64,000 nucleotides of DNA from Saprospiraceae bacterium (GCA_044347755.1 JBIKUE010000009.1:1933-65932); one strand, 5' to 3'; counted from the stretch's first letter, positions 54,539 through 64,000 are shown. The notes: a model not told the origin generated them from the letters alone. A program made the numbers and translations.

Positions 54539-57500
54539 ATGCAGCAATTTGTACGAGCCTTTTTTGCCCTTTTAGCCCTCACCATTTTTCTACCAAATTG
54601 CTCTGATCACATCCCGCCACGCATCCTTATTTTCTCCAAAACAGAAGGTTACCGGCATGAATGTATTCCGGTAGCTACCGCAGCTTTGCGCAAACTTTGT
54701 GTGGAAAACGGCATTGCAGTGGATACTACTGAGGATGCTGAAGATTTCAACGCCAAAAACCTGCGTCGCTATAATGCCGTCATATTCTTATGCACCACCG
54801 GCGATGTACTTAACCCAACGCAAGAAACAGATTTTGAACGATACATCCAGGCCGGAGGCGGTTACGTGGGTATCCACTCTTCTACCGATACAGAGTATGG
54901 ATGGACCTGGTATGGCGGTCTGGCCGGCGGGTATTTCAACGGCCACCCCGCCATTCAGGAGGCTACCCTGAATATTGAAGATCGCTCACACCCTTCCACT
55001 AATCACCTGCAAGGGGTTACCTGGCAACGCAAAGATGAGTGGTATAATTTCAAAAACCTCAACCCCAACGTAACAGTGCTGCTGAGCCTCGATGAGTCTA
55101 CTTACGAAGGTGGCACGAATTGCAAAGACGGAACTCCCGGCAATAAACCATGTCATCCGGCAGCCTGGTGTCATGAATATGATGGCGGGCGCGCATTTTA
55201 CACTGCGGGAGGCCACACCAAAGAAAGCTACGCCGAGCCTGATTTTCTGAAACACATCCTGGGCGGAATCCGCTATGCCATTGGCAAACAAAAGCGCCTG
55301 GATTATACCGCCTGCCGAACCCCGGAAATCCCGGATCCTACCCGTTTTCAGAAAACCGTACTGGCATCAGAACTCACCGAGCCTATGGAACTGGAGCTAC
55401 TCCCCGACGGCAAGGTGATGTTTATTGAACGCCGCGGCAACATAAAGCTGTACGATCCAGCCACAGGGCTAACCAATATCGCCTGTAAACTGCCCGTTTA
55501 TTCGGAACAGGAAGATGGCCTGATGGGCCTTGCACTGGATCCCAACTATGAAAAAAACCACTGGATATACCTGTACTATTCGCCCGTGGGCAACGAAGCC
55601 GTGAACAACCTTTCCCGCTTTGTTTTTCAGGGAGATTCCTTAGATCGTGCTTCCGAAAAAGTGATTCTGCAGGTGGCCGTACAACGCGAGGAATGTTGCC
55701 ATGCCGGCGGATGCCTGGAGTTTGACCCTGAAGGAAACCTTTTCCTGAGTACGGGCGACAACACCAATCCCTTTGCGTCAGATGGGTATTCTCCCTCCGA
55801 CGAGCGCCCCGGCCGCAGCCCCTGGGATGCGCAAGGCTCTTCTGCCAATACCAATGATTTGCGGGGCAAAATCCTGCGCATCAAACCTTTGCCTGACGGC
55901 AGCTATATATGCCCGGCAGGAAACTTATTTAACGGCACCAAAGAAATGGAGATGCGCTGGCCGGATCACAAAAAATTGCCGGAGTGGCAAAAAGGACGTC
56001 CGGAAATTTACGTTATGGGTTGCCGAAACCCTTTCCGCATTTCCATTGACGAGCGCCGCAAACTGCTGTTTTGGGGTGAAGTTGGCCCGGATGCCGGCGA
56101 ACCGGATACCGCCCGTGGCCCGCAAGGGCACGACGAGGTAAACCGCGCCCGTGCTGCCGGATTCTTCGGCTGGCCTTATTTTGTGGGTAACAACAAACCT
56201 TATCGTGATCACGATTTTGCGAGCGGGAAAAACGGCCCGCTGCACCATCCGGAGCGCCCCATCAACGAATCGCCCAATAACACCGGTATGCGGGAGTTGC
56301 CCCCGGCACAATCCGCCTTTATCTGGTATCCTTATGGCAACTCCCCGGAATTCCCCCTCGTAGGCACCGGTGGCCGCAATGCTATGGCCGGCCCGGTATA
56401 TTACTGCGATAAATACCCGTCAGAAACACGATTGCCGGATTATTACGATGGCAAACTCATCATTTATGAATGGATGCGCGGCTGGATGATGGCTGTTACG
56501 GTAGACTCTATGGGTAACTTCAGTAAAATGGAACCCTTTGCGGAGCAACTCAAATTTTCCCGGCCCATGGATATGGTGGTGGATAAAAACGGCTCTATCT
56601 GGATTCTGGAATATGGCACGCAATGGTTTGCAACCAACCCGGATGCTCGCCTCTCGCGAATTGACTATGTACGCGGCAACCGTCCGCCCATACCTTCGCT
56701 CCAGGTTAAAAAATCCGCCGGCGCCGCGCCATTCGCTGCAGTTGTGGATATTTCCAAAACCCAGGATTACGACGGAGAATACCTGGAATACACGCTTGAT
56801 TTTGGCGACGGGACTTCACCCATGAACATTCATCCGAAAAAGCCAACGGCAAGAGGAGGATTGGCTTCTGTAGATCCGGCAGCTCATCCGCGCAAGCGCT
56901 CAGCATTGGACAGTATTGTACATTACTACACCAATCCCGGCAATTATGAGGTCACGCTTAAGGTTAAAGATGCTGCCGAGGCTGTCCGAACCATAAAACA
57001 GAAAATATTTGTAGGCAACGAACCACCCCTGGTGTACTGGAATTTCAACGGCAAAAACCGGAGCTTTTATCAACCAGGTCAGGTGCTAAAATACCACCTG
57101 GAGGTTTCAGATGCTGAAGACGGCTCCCTGCTAAAAGGCAATATTTTCCCAGCTGCGGTGGCAACTACCGTAGATTATCTGGAAACAGGATTTGATATTA
57201 CCAGTATTGCCCAAGGGCACCAGGCTGCCAGGCAGACAGCGGAATATGCTCGCGGCAAACTGCTCATCAGTCGTTCAGACTGCGGAACCTGCCATGCGGA
57301 AGAAAGACTGGTGAACGGCCCTTCCTACACCGCCATCGCCGAACGCTACCGGAAAGACGATTTTGCTGTGCGCAACTTATCCAAGAAAGTGATCAAGGGT
57401 GGCGCCGGCAATTGGGGCGAAACCGTAATGAGCGCTCACCCGCAGGTATCGGAAGAAGATGCCGGTGAAATGGTGCGATGGATCTTGTCGCTCGGAAGTC

Positions 57501-58102
57501 CGCCTAAACCGCAACAAGCCTTTCCACTGGCTGGAGATTATACACTCTCACCGCCTCCGCCACCCGATAAAAACGCTAAACCCAAACAGGGTACCTTTAT
57601 CTTTAAGGCCAGTTACCGGGATCGAGGCAGCTCCAGTCAGGCCCCATTGGAACACAGCGAAACCATTGCCCTGCGTCCGGCGTATCAGCAAGCCGAACAA
57701 GCCGATAGCATGTCGAAAAACATTCGGACGTATCGGCCGTTTAATGGGGATACCGTGGTGTTGAATGAAATCAAGCCCAACAGCTTCTTCATGTTTAAAC
57801 ATGTGGATCTAACCGGGGTACATGGTGTAGCAGTAGGTATCGGGATGAGCGATGGGCGTTATCAGTATGGTGGAGGCCGGATTGAAGCCCGACTCGGCTC
57901 TGGCAAAGGCAAGCTTTTAGGACAAGTCGTATTGCCTGTGCCGGAACAAGCCGCCCGAATGACGTTCGCAGAAGTCAATATTCCCCTGGAAACGGTGACC
58001 GATGGTACGTTCCATGACCTTTATTTTGTGTTAAAAAACGAAAATAACCCCTCTAAGCCGGTTATTGCGGTGGATTGGGTGCGGTTTGATATGAGAAATT
58101 GA
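54539..58102 (+). CDS. multidomain ThuA-like / PQQ-dependent sugar dehydrogenase beta-propeller / PKD / cytochrome c fusion protein
   Basis: 1187 aa with a signal peptide. The N-terminus is ThuA-like (ILIFSKTEGYRHECI...GGYVGIHS). An SGDH-like propeller follows (MGLALDPNYEKNHWIYLYYSP, RNPFRIS), then a PKD-like segment (YTLDFGDGTSP) and the heme-binding site CGTCH. Confidence 0.8.
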   Translation: MQQFVRAFFALLALTIFLPNCSDHIPPRILIFSKTEGYRHECIPVATAALRKLCVENGIAVDTTEDAEDFNAKNLRRYNAVIFLCTTGDVLNPTQETDFERYIQAGGGYVGIHSSTDTEYGWTWYGGLAGGYFNGHPAIQEATLNIEDRSHPSTNHLQGVTWQRKDEWYNFKNLNPNVTVLLSLDESTYEGGTNCKDGTPGNKPCHPAAWCHEYDGGRAFYTAGGHTKESYAEPDFLKHILGGIRYAIGKQKRLDYTACRTPEIPDPTRFQKTVLASELTEPMELELLPDGKVMFIERRGNIKLYDPATGLTNIACKLPVYSEQEDGLMGLALDPNYEKNHWIYLYYSPVGNEAVNNLSRFVFQGDSLDRASEKVILQVAVQREECCHAGGCLEFDPEGNLFLSTGDNTNPFASDGYSPSDERPGRSPWDAQGSSANTNDLRGKILRIKPLPDGSYICPAGNLFNGTKEMEMRWPDHKKLPEWQKGRPEIYVMGCRNPFRISIDERRKLLFWGEVGPDAGEPDTARGPQGHDEVNRARAAGFFGWPYFVGNNKPYRDHDFASGKNGPLHHPERPINESPNNTGMRELPPAQSAFIWYPYGNSPEFPLVGTGGRNAMAGPVYYCDKYPSETRLPDYYDGKLIIYEWMRGWMMAVTVDSMGNFSKMEPFAEQLKFSRPMDMVVDKNGSIWILEYGTQWFATNPDARLSRIDYVRGNRPPIPSLQVKKSAGAAPFAAVVDISKTQDYDGEYLEYTLDFGDGTSPMNIHPKKPTARGGLASVDPAAHPRKRSALDSIVHYYTNPGNYEVTLKVKDAAEAVRTIKQKIFVGNEPPLVYWNFNGKNRSFYQPGQVLKYHLEVSDAEDGSLLKGNIFPAAVATTVDYLETGFDITSIAQGHQAARQTAEYARGKLLISRSDCGTCHAEERLVNGPSYTAIAERYRKDDFAVRNLSKKVIKGGAGNWGETVMSAHPQVSEEDAGEMVRWILSLGSPPKPQQAFPLAGDYTLSPPPPPDKNAKPKQGTFIFKASYRDRGSSSQAPLEHSETIALRPAYQQAEQADSMSKNIRTYRPFNGDTVVLNEIKPNSFFMFKHVDLTGVHGVAVGIGMSDGRYQYGGGRIEARLGSGKGKLLGQVVLPVPEQAARMTFAEVNIPLETVTDGTFHDLYFVLKNENNPSKPVIAVDWVRFDMRN

Positions 58103-58150
58103 TAAAGGCAGCAACTTTTTCCGCAATTTTGCGTCTTGGGAGAATAGATT

Positions 58151-58260
58151 TGGGAGTCATTAAAGGTCATTTGAGTCATTTAGGGTCATTTGTAAATGGC
58201 ATTAATGACTCAAATGACCTTTAAAATGACTCAAATGACCCTTAACGACCAATAAATGAC
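58151..58260. repeat. intergenic inverted repeat built from aaatgac words
   Basis: gtcattaaaggtcatttgagtcatttagggtcattt ... aatgactcaaatgacctttaaaatgactcaaatgaccc. Confidence 0.75.
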
Positions 58261-58269
58261 TTTTTTTTA

Positions 58270-60369
58270 ATGCTTGACTTCTCTTTTCAATACCCTGCCT
58301 GGTTTTTGATTTTATGCGTGTTGCTGGGGCTGGGGTACGCGATGTTGCTGTATTACCGGGATACTACGTTCAAGGAACAGGCGCCGAGGCTGAACCTGTG
58401 GTTAGGTATATTGCGTTTTTTGGCAGTTACGATTTTGAGTGCCTTGTTGTTATCACCACTCCTGAAAAGCTATTTCACCGAAACCAAAAAACCCATTGTT
58501 GTACTGGCACAGGACCAATCAGAAAGCATGGCCTCGGATTTAAAAGGAGAGGCGCTTGAAAAGTATAAGCAGGATTGGGCAGGATTGAAAAATGCCTTGT
58601 CCGAATCCTATGAAGTACATGAAATTGCTTTTGGTGATCAGGTGCGGGAAGGCGTAGATTTCAGTTTCACCGATAAGGTTTCAAACTTTTCGGAACTCGT
58701 CCGCGGGGTGTATGACCTGTATGGCGGTCAAAATTTCGGCGCGCTGGTGCTTGCTTCTGATGGCAATTATAATGAAGGCAGTAACCCTGCCTATTCCGAT
58801 GCACCCCTGTCGGCGCCGGTGTATACGGTAGCGCTGGGCGATACTACTCCTAAAAAAGATTTGCTGCTGAAGCGGGTGTTTCACAACAAAATAGCCTACC
58901 TGGGTGACAAGTTCACCTTGCAAATTGACCTGACTGCAACCAATTTGGCTGGCCAGCAAACCGTAGTCACCGTATCTAAATCTACGGATAACGGGCTCAA
59001 ACAATTGCAAAGTATCCCGGTATCAATATCCGGCAATGACTTTTTCATCACCAAAGAAGTAATACTTGATGCTGACCAGGCCGGTGTGGTTTCTTACGTA
59101 ATCAGTGCTGCTGCGCTTCCCGGCGAAGCAGCAACTTCCAACAACCGCCGCGAGATTTTTATCGACGTGCTGGATGCGCGTCAAAAAATCCTCCTCCTGG
59201 CCAATAGTCCGCACCCGGATCTGTCTGCCCTGAAAACCTCCCTCGAAGGCAATAAAAATTACCAGTTATTCATCCAATACATTGGTGATGCCGGTGTAGA
59301 TGTGGGCAAATATGATTTTGTAGTGCTGCATAATTTGCCATCAACGACCAATGACCTTTCAGGTTTGCTGAACACCATGAACGAAAAGCGTATCCCGCGA
59401 CTGTTCATAGCAGGGATGCAAACCGGTTACACGGCTTTGGGCAAGGCACAAGGGCTGGTGAGTATGCAAAGCAACGCCGCACAGAGCGATGAAGTTCAGG
59501 GTCGTGTTTCCCCATCCTTTGCCGCCTTTTCACTAAGCCCGAAAGTGAAGGAAGAATTGCCCCGTTTCAACCCTATGACCGCTGCGTTCGGGAATTTCGG
59601 CGCAACTCCACAAGCGCAGGTATTATTGTACAAACGCATCGGCAAAGTGGATACAGAACAGCCTATGCTGGCTCTGGGCGAAACCAATGGCATCAAAACG
59701 GGTATCCTGCTTGGCGAAGGTCTCTGGCGCTGGCGTTTGTTCGATTTTTTACAGCACCAAAACCACGAAATTTTTGATGAATTGGTGGGTAAAACGGTGC
59801 AATACCTGTCGCTGAAAGAAGATAAGCGCAAGTTTCGGGTAACCCTCGACAAGAACATATTCAACGAAAACGAAGCCGTCACGTTTGGGGCGGAATTGTA
59901 TAACGACAATTACGAACTCACCAACGACCCCGATGTGGCCATGAGTATTCGCAACCGCGACGGGAAGGAGTTCACCTATACTTTTAACAAACTGGGTAAA
60001 GCATACACCCTCAATGCCGGCATATTGCCGGTTGGCCCGTATACCTTCAAGGCTACCACCAATTTCAACGGCCAGGCTTTAGTGTACGAGGGCAAATTCA
60101 GCGTGCAGCCCATCGAGTTAGAATTGTTTGAAACCACGGCCAACCATGCCGTGCTGCGGCAATTGAGCGCCAAATTTGGTGGCGAAACCGTGTTTCCAAC
60201 ACAGCTCAGCAGCATAGCCGACAAGATCAAGGCTAACGAAACCGTGAAACCTGTGATCTATCAAACCACTCAAACCAACCCGCTCATCAACCTGAAATGG
60301 ATATTTGCCCTGCTGGCCCTGCTGCTGGCGGGTGAATGGTTCCTGAGAAGGTATTTCGGAGCGTATTAA
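58270..60369 (+). CDS. membrane protein with BatA-like N-terminal double-TM region and vWA-like domain
   Basis: 699 aa. The N-terminus FQYPAWFLILCVLLGLGYAMLLYY plus a second TM segment is BatA-like. A MIDAS-like DxSxS motif occurs in LAQDQSESM. There is a C-terminal TM segment (WIFALLALLLAGEWF). Confidence 0.6.
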   Translation: MLDFSFQYPAWFLILCVLLGLGYAMLLYYRDTTFKEQAPRLNLWLGILRFLAVTILSALLLSPLLKSYFTETKKPIVVLAQDQSESMASDLKGEALEKYKQDWAGLKNALSESYEVHEIAFGDQVREGVDFSFTDKVSNFSELVRGVYDLYGGQNFGALVLASDGNYNEGSNPAYSDAPLSAPVYTVALGDTTPKKDLLLKRVFHNKIAYLGDKFTLQIDLTATNLAGQQTVVTVSKSTDNGLKQLQSIPVSISGNDFFITKEVILDADQAGVVSYVISAAALPGEAATSNNRREIFIDVLDARQKILLLANSPHPDLSALKTSLEGNKNYQLFIQYIGDAGVDVGKYDFVVLHNLPSTTNDLSGLLNTMNEKRIPRLFIAGMQTGYTALGKAQGLVSMQSNAAQSDEVQGRVSPSFAAFSLSPKVKEELPRFNPMTAAFGNFGATPQAQVLLYKRIGKVDTEQPMLALGETNGIKTGILLGEGLWRWRLFDFLQHQNHEIFDELVGKTVQYLSLKEDKRKFRVTLDKNIFNENEAVTFGAELYNDNYELTNDPDVAMSIRNRDGKEFTYTFNKLGKAYTLNAGILPVGPYTFKATTNFNGQALVYEGKFSVQPIELELFETTANHAVLRQLSAKFGGETVFPTQLSSIADKIKANETVKPVIYQTTQTNPLINLKWIFALLALLLAGEWFLRRYFGAY

Positions 60370-60372
60370 ACG

Positions 60373-61425
60373 ATGAGCGAAAAAAAAGACATCCGCACCC
60401 TATCCCTGCCAGACCTTGAAGCAACCTTTGCCGACTGGGGTGAGCCGCGCTTTCGTGCCGGACAAGTATGGGACTGGCTTTGGAGCAAAGGGGCGCCGGA
60501 ATTTAATGCCATGACCAACCTGTCGAAAGCCCTGCGCGCGCGCCTGGCCGAGACCTATGCGCTCAATTCCCTTACCGAGGAAAAAACGCAGCATAGCCTG
60601 GATGGAACCTTGAAAACCCGTTGGCTGACTTACGACGGGCACCGTATTGAAAGTGTACTGATTCCGGTAACGGATGATGACCGCTATACAGTGTGTGTAA
60701 GTACCCAGGTAGGCTGTAGCCTCACCTGTGCCTTTTGCGCCACCGGGCGAATGGGCAGACGCAGAAACCTGGATGCGGCCGAAATTTTTGATCAGGTGGT
60801 TGGTGTAAACCGTCAAAGCATGGAATACTTCGGCAAGCCCATCACGAATGTGGTATATATGGGTATGGGCGAGCCCCTTCTCACTTACCCCAATACCATG
60901 GCCAGTATTGCCCGCCTCACGGCGCCTCCTGAAGACGGAGGCCTGGGATTGGGCGCCCGGCGGATCACGGTAAGTACCGCAGGTATTGCCAAAATGATTC
61001 GCAAACTGGCTGACGACGGGTTTCGCTCCAATCTGGCCCTCAGTTTGCATGCGGCTGACGACACCAAACGCAATGAGATCATGCCCATCAACGAGACCAA
61101 CAACCTCGAGGTATTGATGGAAAGTCTGGAGTATTTCTATCGGAAAACTAAAGGTCGTATCTCTTACGAATACATTGCCTTTCAACAATTTAACGATTCT
61201 TTGGACGATGCCCGCCGGTTGGTGCAACTCTGCCGAAAGCAGTTCCCGGTTAGGGTCAACATCATTGAATACAACCCAATTGGCGGGGTGCCTTTCGAGA
61301 AATCTGACGAGAACCGTCTAAACGAATTCGGTGCTTTCCTGGCCAAAGAAGGCGTAACCGTAACCGTCCGGCGAAGCCGGGGCAAGGATATTGACGCCGC
61401 CTGCGGGCAACTAGCCAACAAGTGA
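60373..61425 (+). CDS. rlmN: 23S rRNA/tRNA (adenine-C2)-methyltransferase, radical SAM
   Basis: 350 aa. It has the FRAGQVWDWLW N-terminal motif, the radical-SAM cluster CSLTCAFCATG, and the C-terminal DIDAACGQL. Confidence 0.9.
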   Translation: MSEKKDIRTLSLPDLEATFADWGEPRFRAGQVWDWLWSKGAPEFNAMTNLSKALRARLAETYALNSLTEEKTQHSLDGTLKTRWLTYDGHRIESVLIPVTDDDRYTVCVSTQVGCSLTCAFCATGRMGRRRNLDAAEIFDQVVGVNRQSMEYFGKPITNVVYMGMGEPLLTYPNTMASIARLTAPPEDGGLGLGARRITVSTAGIAKMIRKLADDGFRSNLALSLHAADDTKRNEIMPINETNNLEVLMESLEYFYRKTKGRISYEYIAFQQFNDSLDDARRLVQLCRKQFPVRVNIIEYNPIGGVPFEKSDENRLNEFGAFLAKEGVTVTVRRSRGKDIDAACGQLANK

Positions 61426-61537
61426 CGTTGGACAATGGACTGTTAGACAATGGACATTGGACTTGGGCTCTGGGTAATATGTAATTACAGCTACAACGAG
61501 CGCAAGTCCAATGTCTAATATCCAACAGTCCAACGTC
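61424..61537. repeat. intergenic word-repeat palindrome with conserved core (ggacaatggac words)
   Basis: gacgttggacaatggactgttagacaatggacattggacttgggctctgggtaatatgtaattacagctacaacgagcgcaagtccaatgtctaatatccaacagtccaacgtc. It starts inside the rlmN stop codon. Confidence 0.8.
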
Positions 61538-61634
61538 CATATCATACGTGGTTTTGAACGAGGATGCTTTTCAATAAATTTGAAATCAAGTACTTGCATC
61601 ACGAAAATCATCAAAATCACGCTAATCACAGTAT

Positions 61635-61949
61635 ATGATCAAGCGTATTGTAAAAATGACCTTCCGCGATGATGCGGCAGAGACCTTTGTATCGGAAGTT
61701 TTTGAGCAAAGCAAGGAGAAAATCCGCGCTTTTAACGGCTGCCGGCACATGGAATTGTTGCGGCAGAAAAACAAGCCCAACATAATGTTCACCCTTAGTA
61801 TCTGGGATCATGAAGAGGCGCTGAATGCATATCGCGCTTCAGAGTTGTTTGCCGATACCTGGGCTAAAACCAAGGCATTGTTTGCTGCCAAGGCCGAAGC
61901 CTGGACCACTGAGGTTATTGACGAACCAAATCACCGCGAAGAACGCTAA
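61635..61949 (+). CDS. antibiotic-biosynthesis-monooxygenase (ABM) domain protein
   Basis: 104 aa. MIKRIVKMTF...FNGCRHMELLRQ...FTLSIWDHEEALNAYRASELF fits the ABM ferredoxin-like fold pattern. Confidence 0.7.
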   Translation: MIKRIVKMTFRDDAAETFVSEVFEQSKEKIRAFNGCRHMELLRQKNKPNIMFTLSIWDHEEALNAYRASELFADTWAKTKALFAAKAEAWTTEVIDEPNHREER

Positions 61950-61995
61950 GTACCCAAAATTCAACACTTTGCGCACTTAGCGTTCTTCGCGGTGA
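61931..61995 (+). terminator. perfect 21-bp inverted repeat whose left arm is the last codons of the ABM gene
   Basis: tcaccgcgaagaacgctaagt (61931-61951, including the stop) pairs with acttagcgttcttcgcggtga (61975-61995). Confidence 0.6.
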
Positions 61996-62020
61996 ATAGT
62001 CATCATAATCAATATCGAAT

Positions 62021-62749
62021 ATGGAAAAAGAAAATTTGGAGCCCAAGAATGGCTCAACCAGAAAACAAAAACAATGGAGTAAAAAACGCGGCGAAAATGC
62101 CTGGACCATGTTCAAGGTTATGGCCGAGTTTGTGGATGGCTTTGAAGTCCTGAACGAAGTGGGCCCCTGCGTATCCATTTTCGGATCGGCCCGCACTAAA
62201 CCGGGTACGGTGTATTACGAACTAGCGGTAAAAACAGCTTCGAGGCTGGTAGAAGAAGGCTATGGCGTGATTACCGGTGGCGGTCCGGGCATCATGGAGG
62301 CTGGCAACAAAGGCGCCTGGATGAAAGGCGGAACATCTATTGGACTCAACATCAACCTGCCTTTTGAGCAGCACCATAATCCGTTCATTGCGCCGGATCA
62401 CAACTTGAAATACCGCTATTTCTTTGTTCGGAAAGTGATGTTTGTAAAATATGCCCAGGCATTCGTAGTAATGCCCGGCGGTTTTGGCACGTTGGATGAA
62501 CTGTTTGAGGTGTTAACGCTCGTTCAAACCAATAAAATTTCGCGCATGCCCATCGTACTCATGGGCGTTGAATTCTGGGAAGGATTGAAAAACTGGATTG
62601 TGGAAATCATGCTTAAGCGTCACCATAATATCCACGCAGAAGATCTGGATCTTTTCCTGGTGACAGATGATGTAGAAGAAGCTGTTCAGTACATCAACAA
62701 GTTCTACGCTCAGGATTCCAGCTTGCTGGAGCCGAATTTTGAGTTGTAG
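62021..62749 (+). CDS. LOG-family protein (TIGR00730; nucleotide 5'-monophosphate nucleosidase / cytokinin riboside phosphoribohydrolase-like)
   Basis: 242 aa. The motifs GGGPGIMEA and PGGFGTLDELFE are present. Confidence 0.85.
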   Translation: MEKENLEPKNGSTRKQKQWSKKRGENAWTMFKVMAEFVDGFEVLNEVGPCVSIFGSARTKPGTVYYELAVKTASRLVEEGYGVITGGGPGIMEAGNKGAWMKGGTSIGLNINLPFEQHHNPFIAPDHNLKYRYFFVRKVMFVKYAQAFVVMPGGFGTLDELFEVLTLVQTNKISRMPIVLMGVEFWEGLKNWIVEIMLKRHHNIHAEDLDLFLVTDDVEEAVQYINKFYAQDSSLLEPNFEL

Positions 62750-62860
62750 ACGATGGACGGTTGGACAATGGACGTTGGACTTGCGCTCAGGGTAGATGAT
62801 GTCTTTTTACTTCATCGAGCGCAAGTCCTACGTCTAACAGTCTAATCCCAACCAACAGTC
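62749..62860. repeat. intergenic word-repeat palindrome with conserved core (closest relative of 61424-61537 and 49177-49283)
   Basis: gacgatggacggttggacaatggacgttggacttgcgctcagggtagatgatgtctttttacttcatcgagcgcaagtcctacgtctaacagtctaatcccaaccaacagtc. Confidence 0.8.
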
Positions 62861-63068
62861 TGAATTTGAAATGCACAGGGATGAGGCTGCTGGAAAGCAA
62901 TGATTTCAAGGTTTATATCTTGAATTTACAGTGTTAAGCACTACGGTTGTTAAAATTGCCTAAATTGGTCAATCCTTTAGAATTAACAAATCTCCATTCT
63001 TAACCAACTATATCTTTATGAGTTCTTCGTAAAAAATAGCGCATTTTTAACCAATCTATTATAACATT

Positions 63069-64000
63069 ATGATGATCTTACAAAGATTTTCACGCATCAC
63101 GCATCACGCATCACGCATCACGCATCACGCTTTCTGCTTTTTTAATCCTCCTAAATATAGGTTTATCGAAAGCACAAAGTATTGAATGTGGAACGCCAGA
63201 TATCCCCCTTGCTCAAATGGAGCAGATTTTGGCAAATCTTAATCCGCAGGTAAGTGGTTCAGGTTCTTCACCCATCAGAATTCCGGTTTATTATTTTTTA
63301 TTAAGGCAAACAAACGGCAGCACTTCACATGATTCTTATGATATTGAACAAAGCATCAATACTGTAAACGATCATTTTGGTGGACTGTTTGAATTCTACG
63401 TTTGTGGACAGGCGTTAATTGACAATGACCAATTTCATGTAATGAATTTGAATGCATCTTCCTCGGATGTTATTGATTTGCACGGAATTGTAAATCTTAA
63501 CTTTCCAGTTTCACAAGAGTGTGTTAAAGTGTTTTTTTGTGATCTAATTGAGTGGGGAGGTGGAAATCCCGGAGGTTTTGCACATGAAAGATTTAATTAC
63601 GGTACTAATGGCGCTGTATATTGCGTTAGTCCGATAATCTCCGTCCTCTCACACGAACTTGGTCACTATTTCGGATTGCCACATACCTTCCAAGATCCAC
63701 CAACTCAATATGTACATGATTTTGCCAATCCGATTTTTATCAATGGCGTAAAATATACCTGCAAACAAACTGGCGATGGTTTTTGTGATACCCCCGCAGA
63801 TTTGGAAGAGTGTTACGCGAACACGGCCTGCACTCAGATTACTTGCCCCAGCGCTGATCCATTGGGAGTTGCATATACTCCGGACCAAACCAATTTGATG
63901 AGTTATTACGCAGGTTGTGCAATCAGATTTTCATTGGAGCAGCAAGAACGAATGAGAACGATCTATGAATTACATCCTGACTATGAAGAACTAAGGATCA
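63069..64000 (+). CDS. secreted M43 (pappalysin/cytophagalysin-type) zinc metalloprotease, 3' end outside the window; start codon currently out of frame with the body
   Basis: An open frame runs from 63076 to the window end and encodes ...LSAFLILLNIGLSKAQS (signal core), HELGHYFGLPHTF, GDGFCDTPAD and NLMSYY (M43 motifs). The only upstream ATGs (63069, 63072) are in a different frame, which stops at 63183-63185. A 7-nt tandem repeat lies between them. Confidence 0.7.
63091..63130. repeat. heptanucleotide tandem repeat (cacgcat) x5.7
   Basis: cacgcat units start at 63091, 63098, 63105, 63112 and 63119, plus a partial cacgc at 63126-63130. The array lies inside the 5' end of the M43 protease gene. 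Confidence 0.95.

Noticed and set aside
1-64000. tRNA, rRNA or riboswitch genes
   Set aside because: Scanning the longer non-coding gaps by eye (1916-2547, 16647-16978, 20406-20866, 24894-25192, 28532-28819, 40446-40885, 45146-45471, 50804-51091, 62861-63068) showed no tRNA cloverleaf signatures such as GTTCGAATC-type T-arms. I also saw no recognisable riboswitch cores. This cannot be excluded without tRNAscan/Infernal.

Overview
This 64-kb chromosomal segment looks like Bacteroidota. It has T9SS-type C-terminal sorting domains, SprB-type repeats, a CarboxypepD_reg TonB-dependent receptor paired with a DUF4249-like lipoprotein, and Bacteroidota-style GlmM and Lgt. I call 46 protein-coding genes plus 3 pseudogenes or gene remnants. 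I saw no rRNA, tRNA, CRISPR array, transposase or integrase. Most of the window is housekeeping (cysteine desulfurase, glmM, 2-oxoacid dehydrogenase E2, bcp, lgt, SOD, rsmE, rlmN, LOG, a DapA-family enzyme, saccharopine-dehydrogenase family) or secreted and cell-surface proteins (M12B-like, M4 and M43 metalloproteases, beta-helix/PA14 proteins, GH65, a ThuA-PQQ dehydrogenase-cytochrome c fusion, a TPR-CHAT protein). The main finding is an accessory island of about 8 kb (about 20.8-28.6 kb) holding two tandem polymorphic toxin-immunity modules on the minus strand. Each module has a 147-aa lipoprotein ORF overlapping a ~610-aa protein. The first 343 aa of that protein are near-identical between copies and I do not recognise them; the C-terminal ~265-270 aa are unrelated between copies. 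One C-terminus has an AHH-type HNH/EndoVII nuclease motif and is followed by an Imm11/DUF1629-like ORF. The other has an unrecognised C-terminus with a translationally coupled 212-aa ORF. Downstream of that second module sits a displacement scar: the last 30 codons of the AHH toxin plus an orphan Imm11-like gene. One module has a divergent XRE regulator; the other has only a truncated remnant of it. Three further observations stand out. A heptanucleotide tandem repeat lies between the ATG and the signal-peptide core of the M43 protease and currently puts them out of frame, which makes it a phase-variation candidate. A DinB-family gene is frameshifted. Nearly every intergenic region is filled by long inverted repeats whose arms are built from reiterated 7-14-nt words, starting at or next to stop codons. 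All protein family calls are by-eye motif recognition; no database search was possible.
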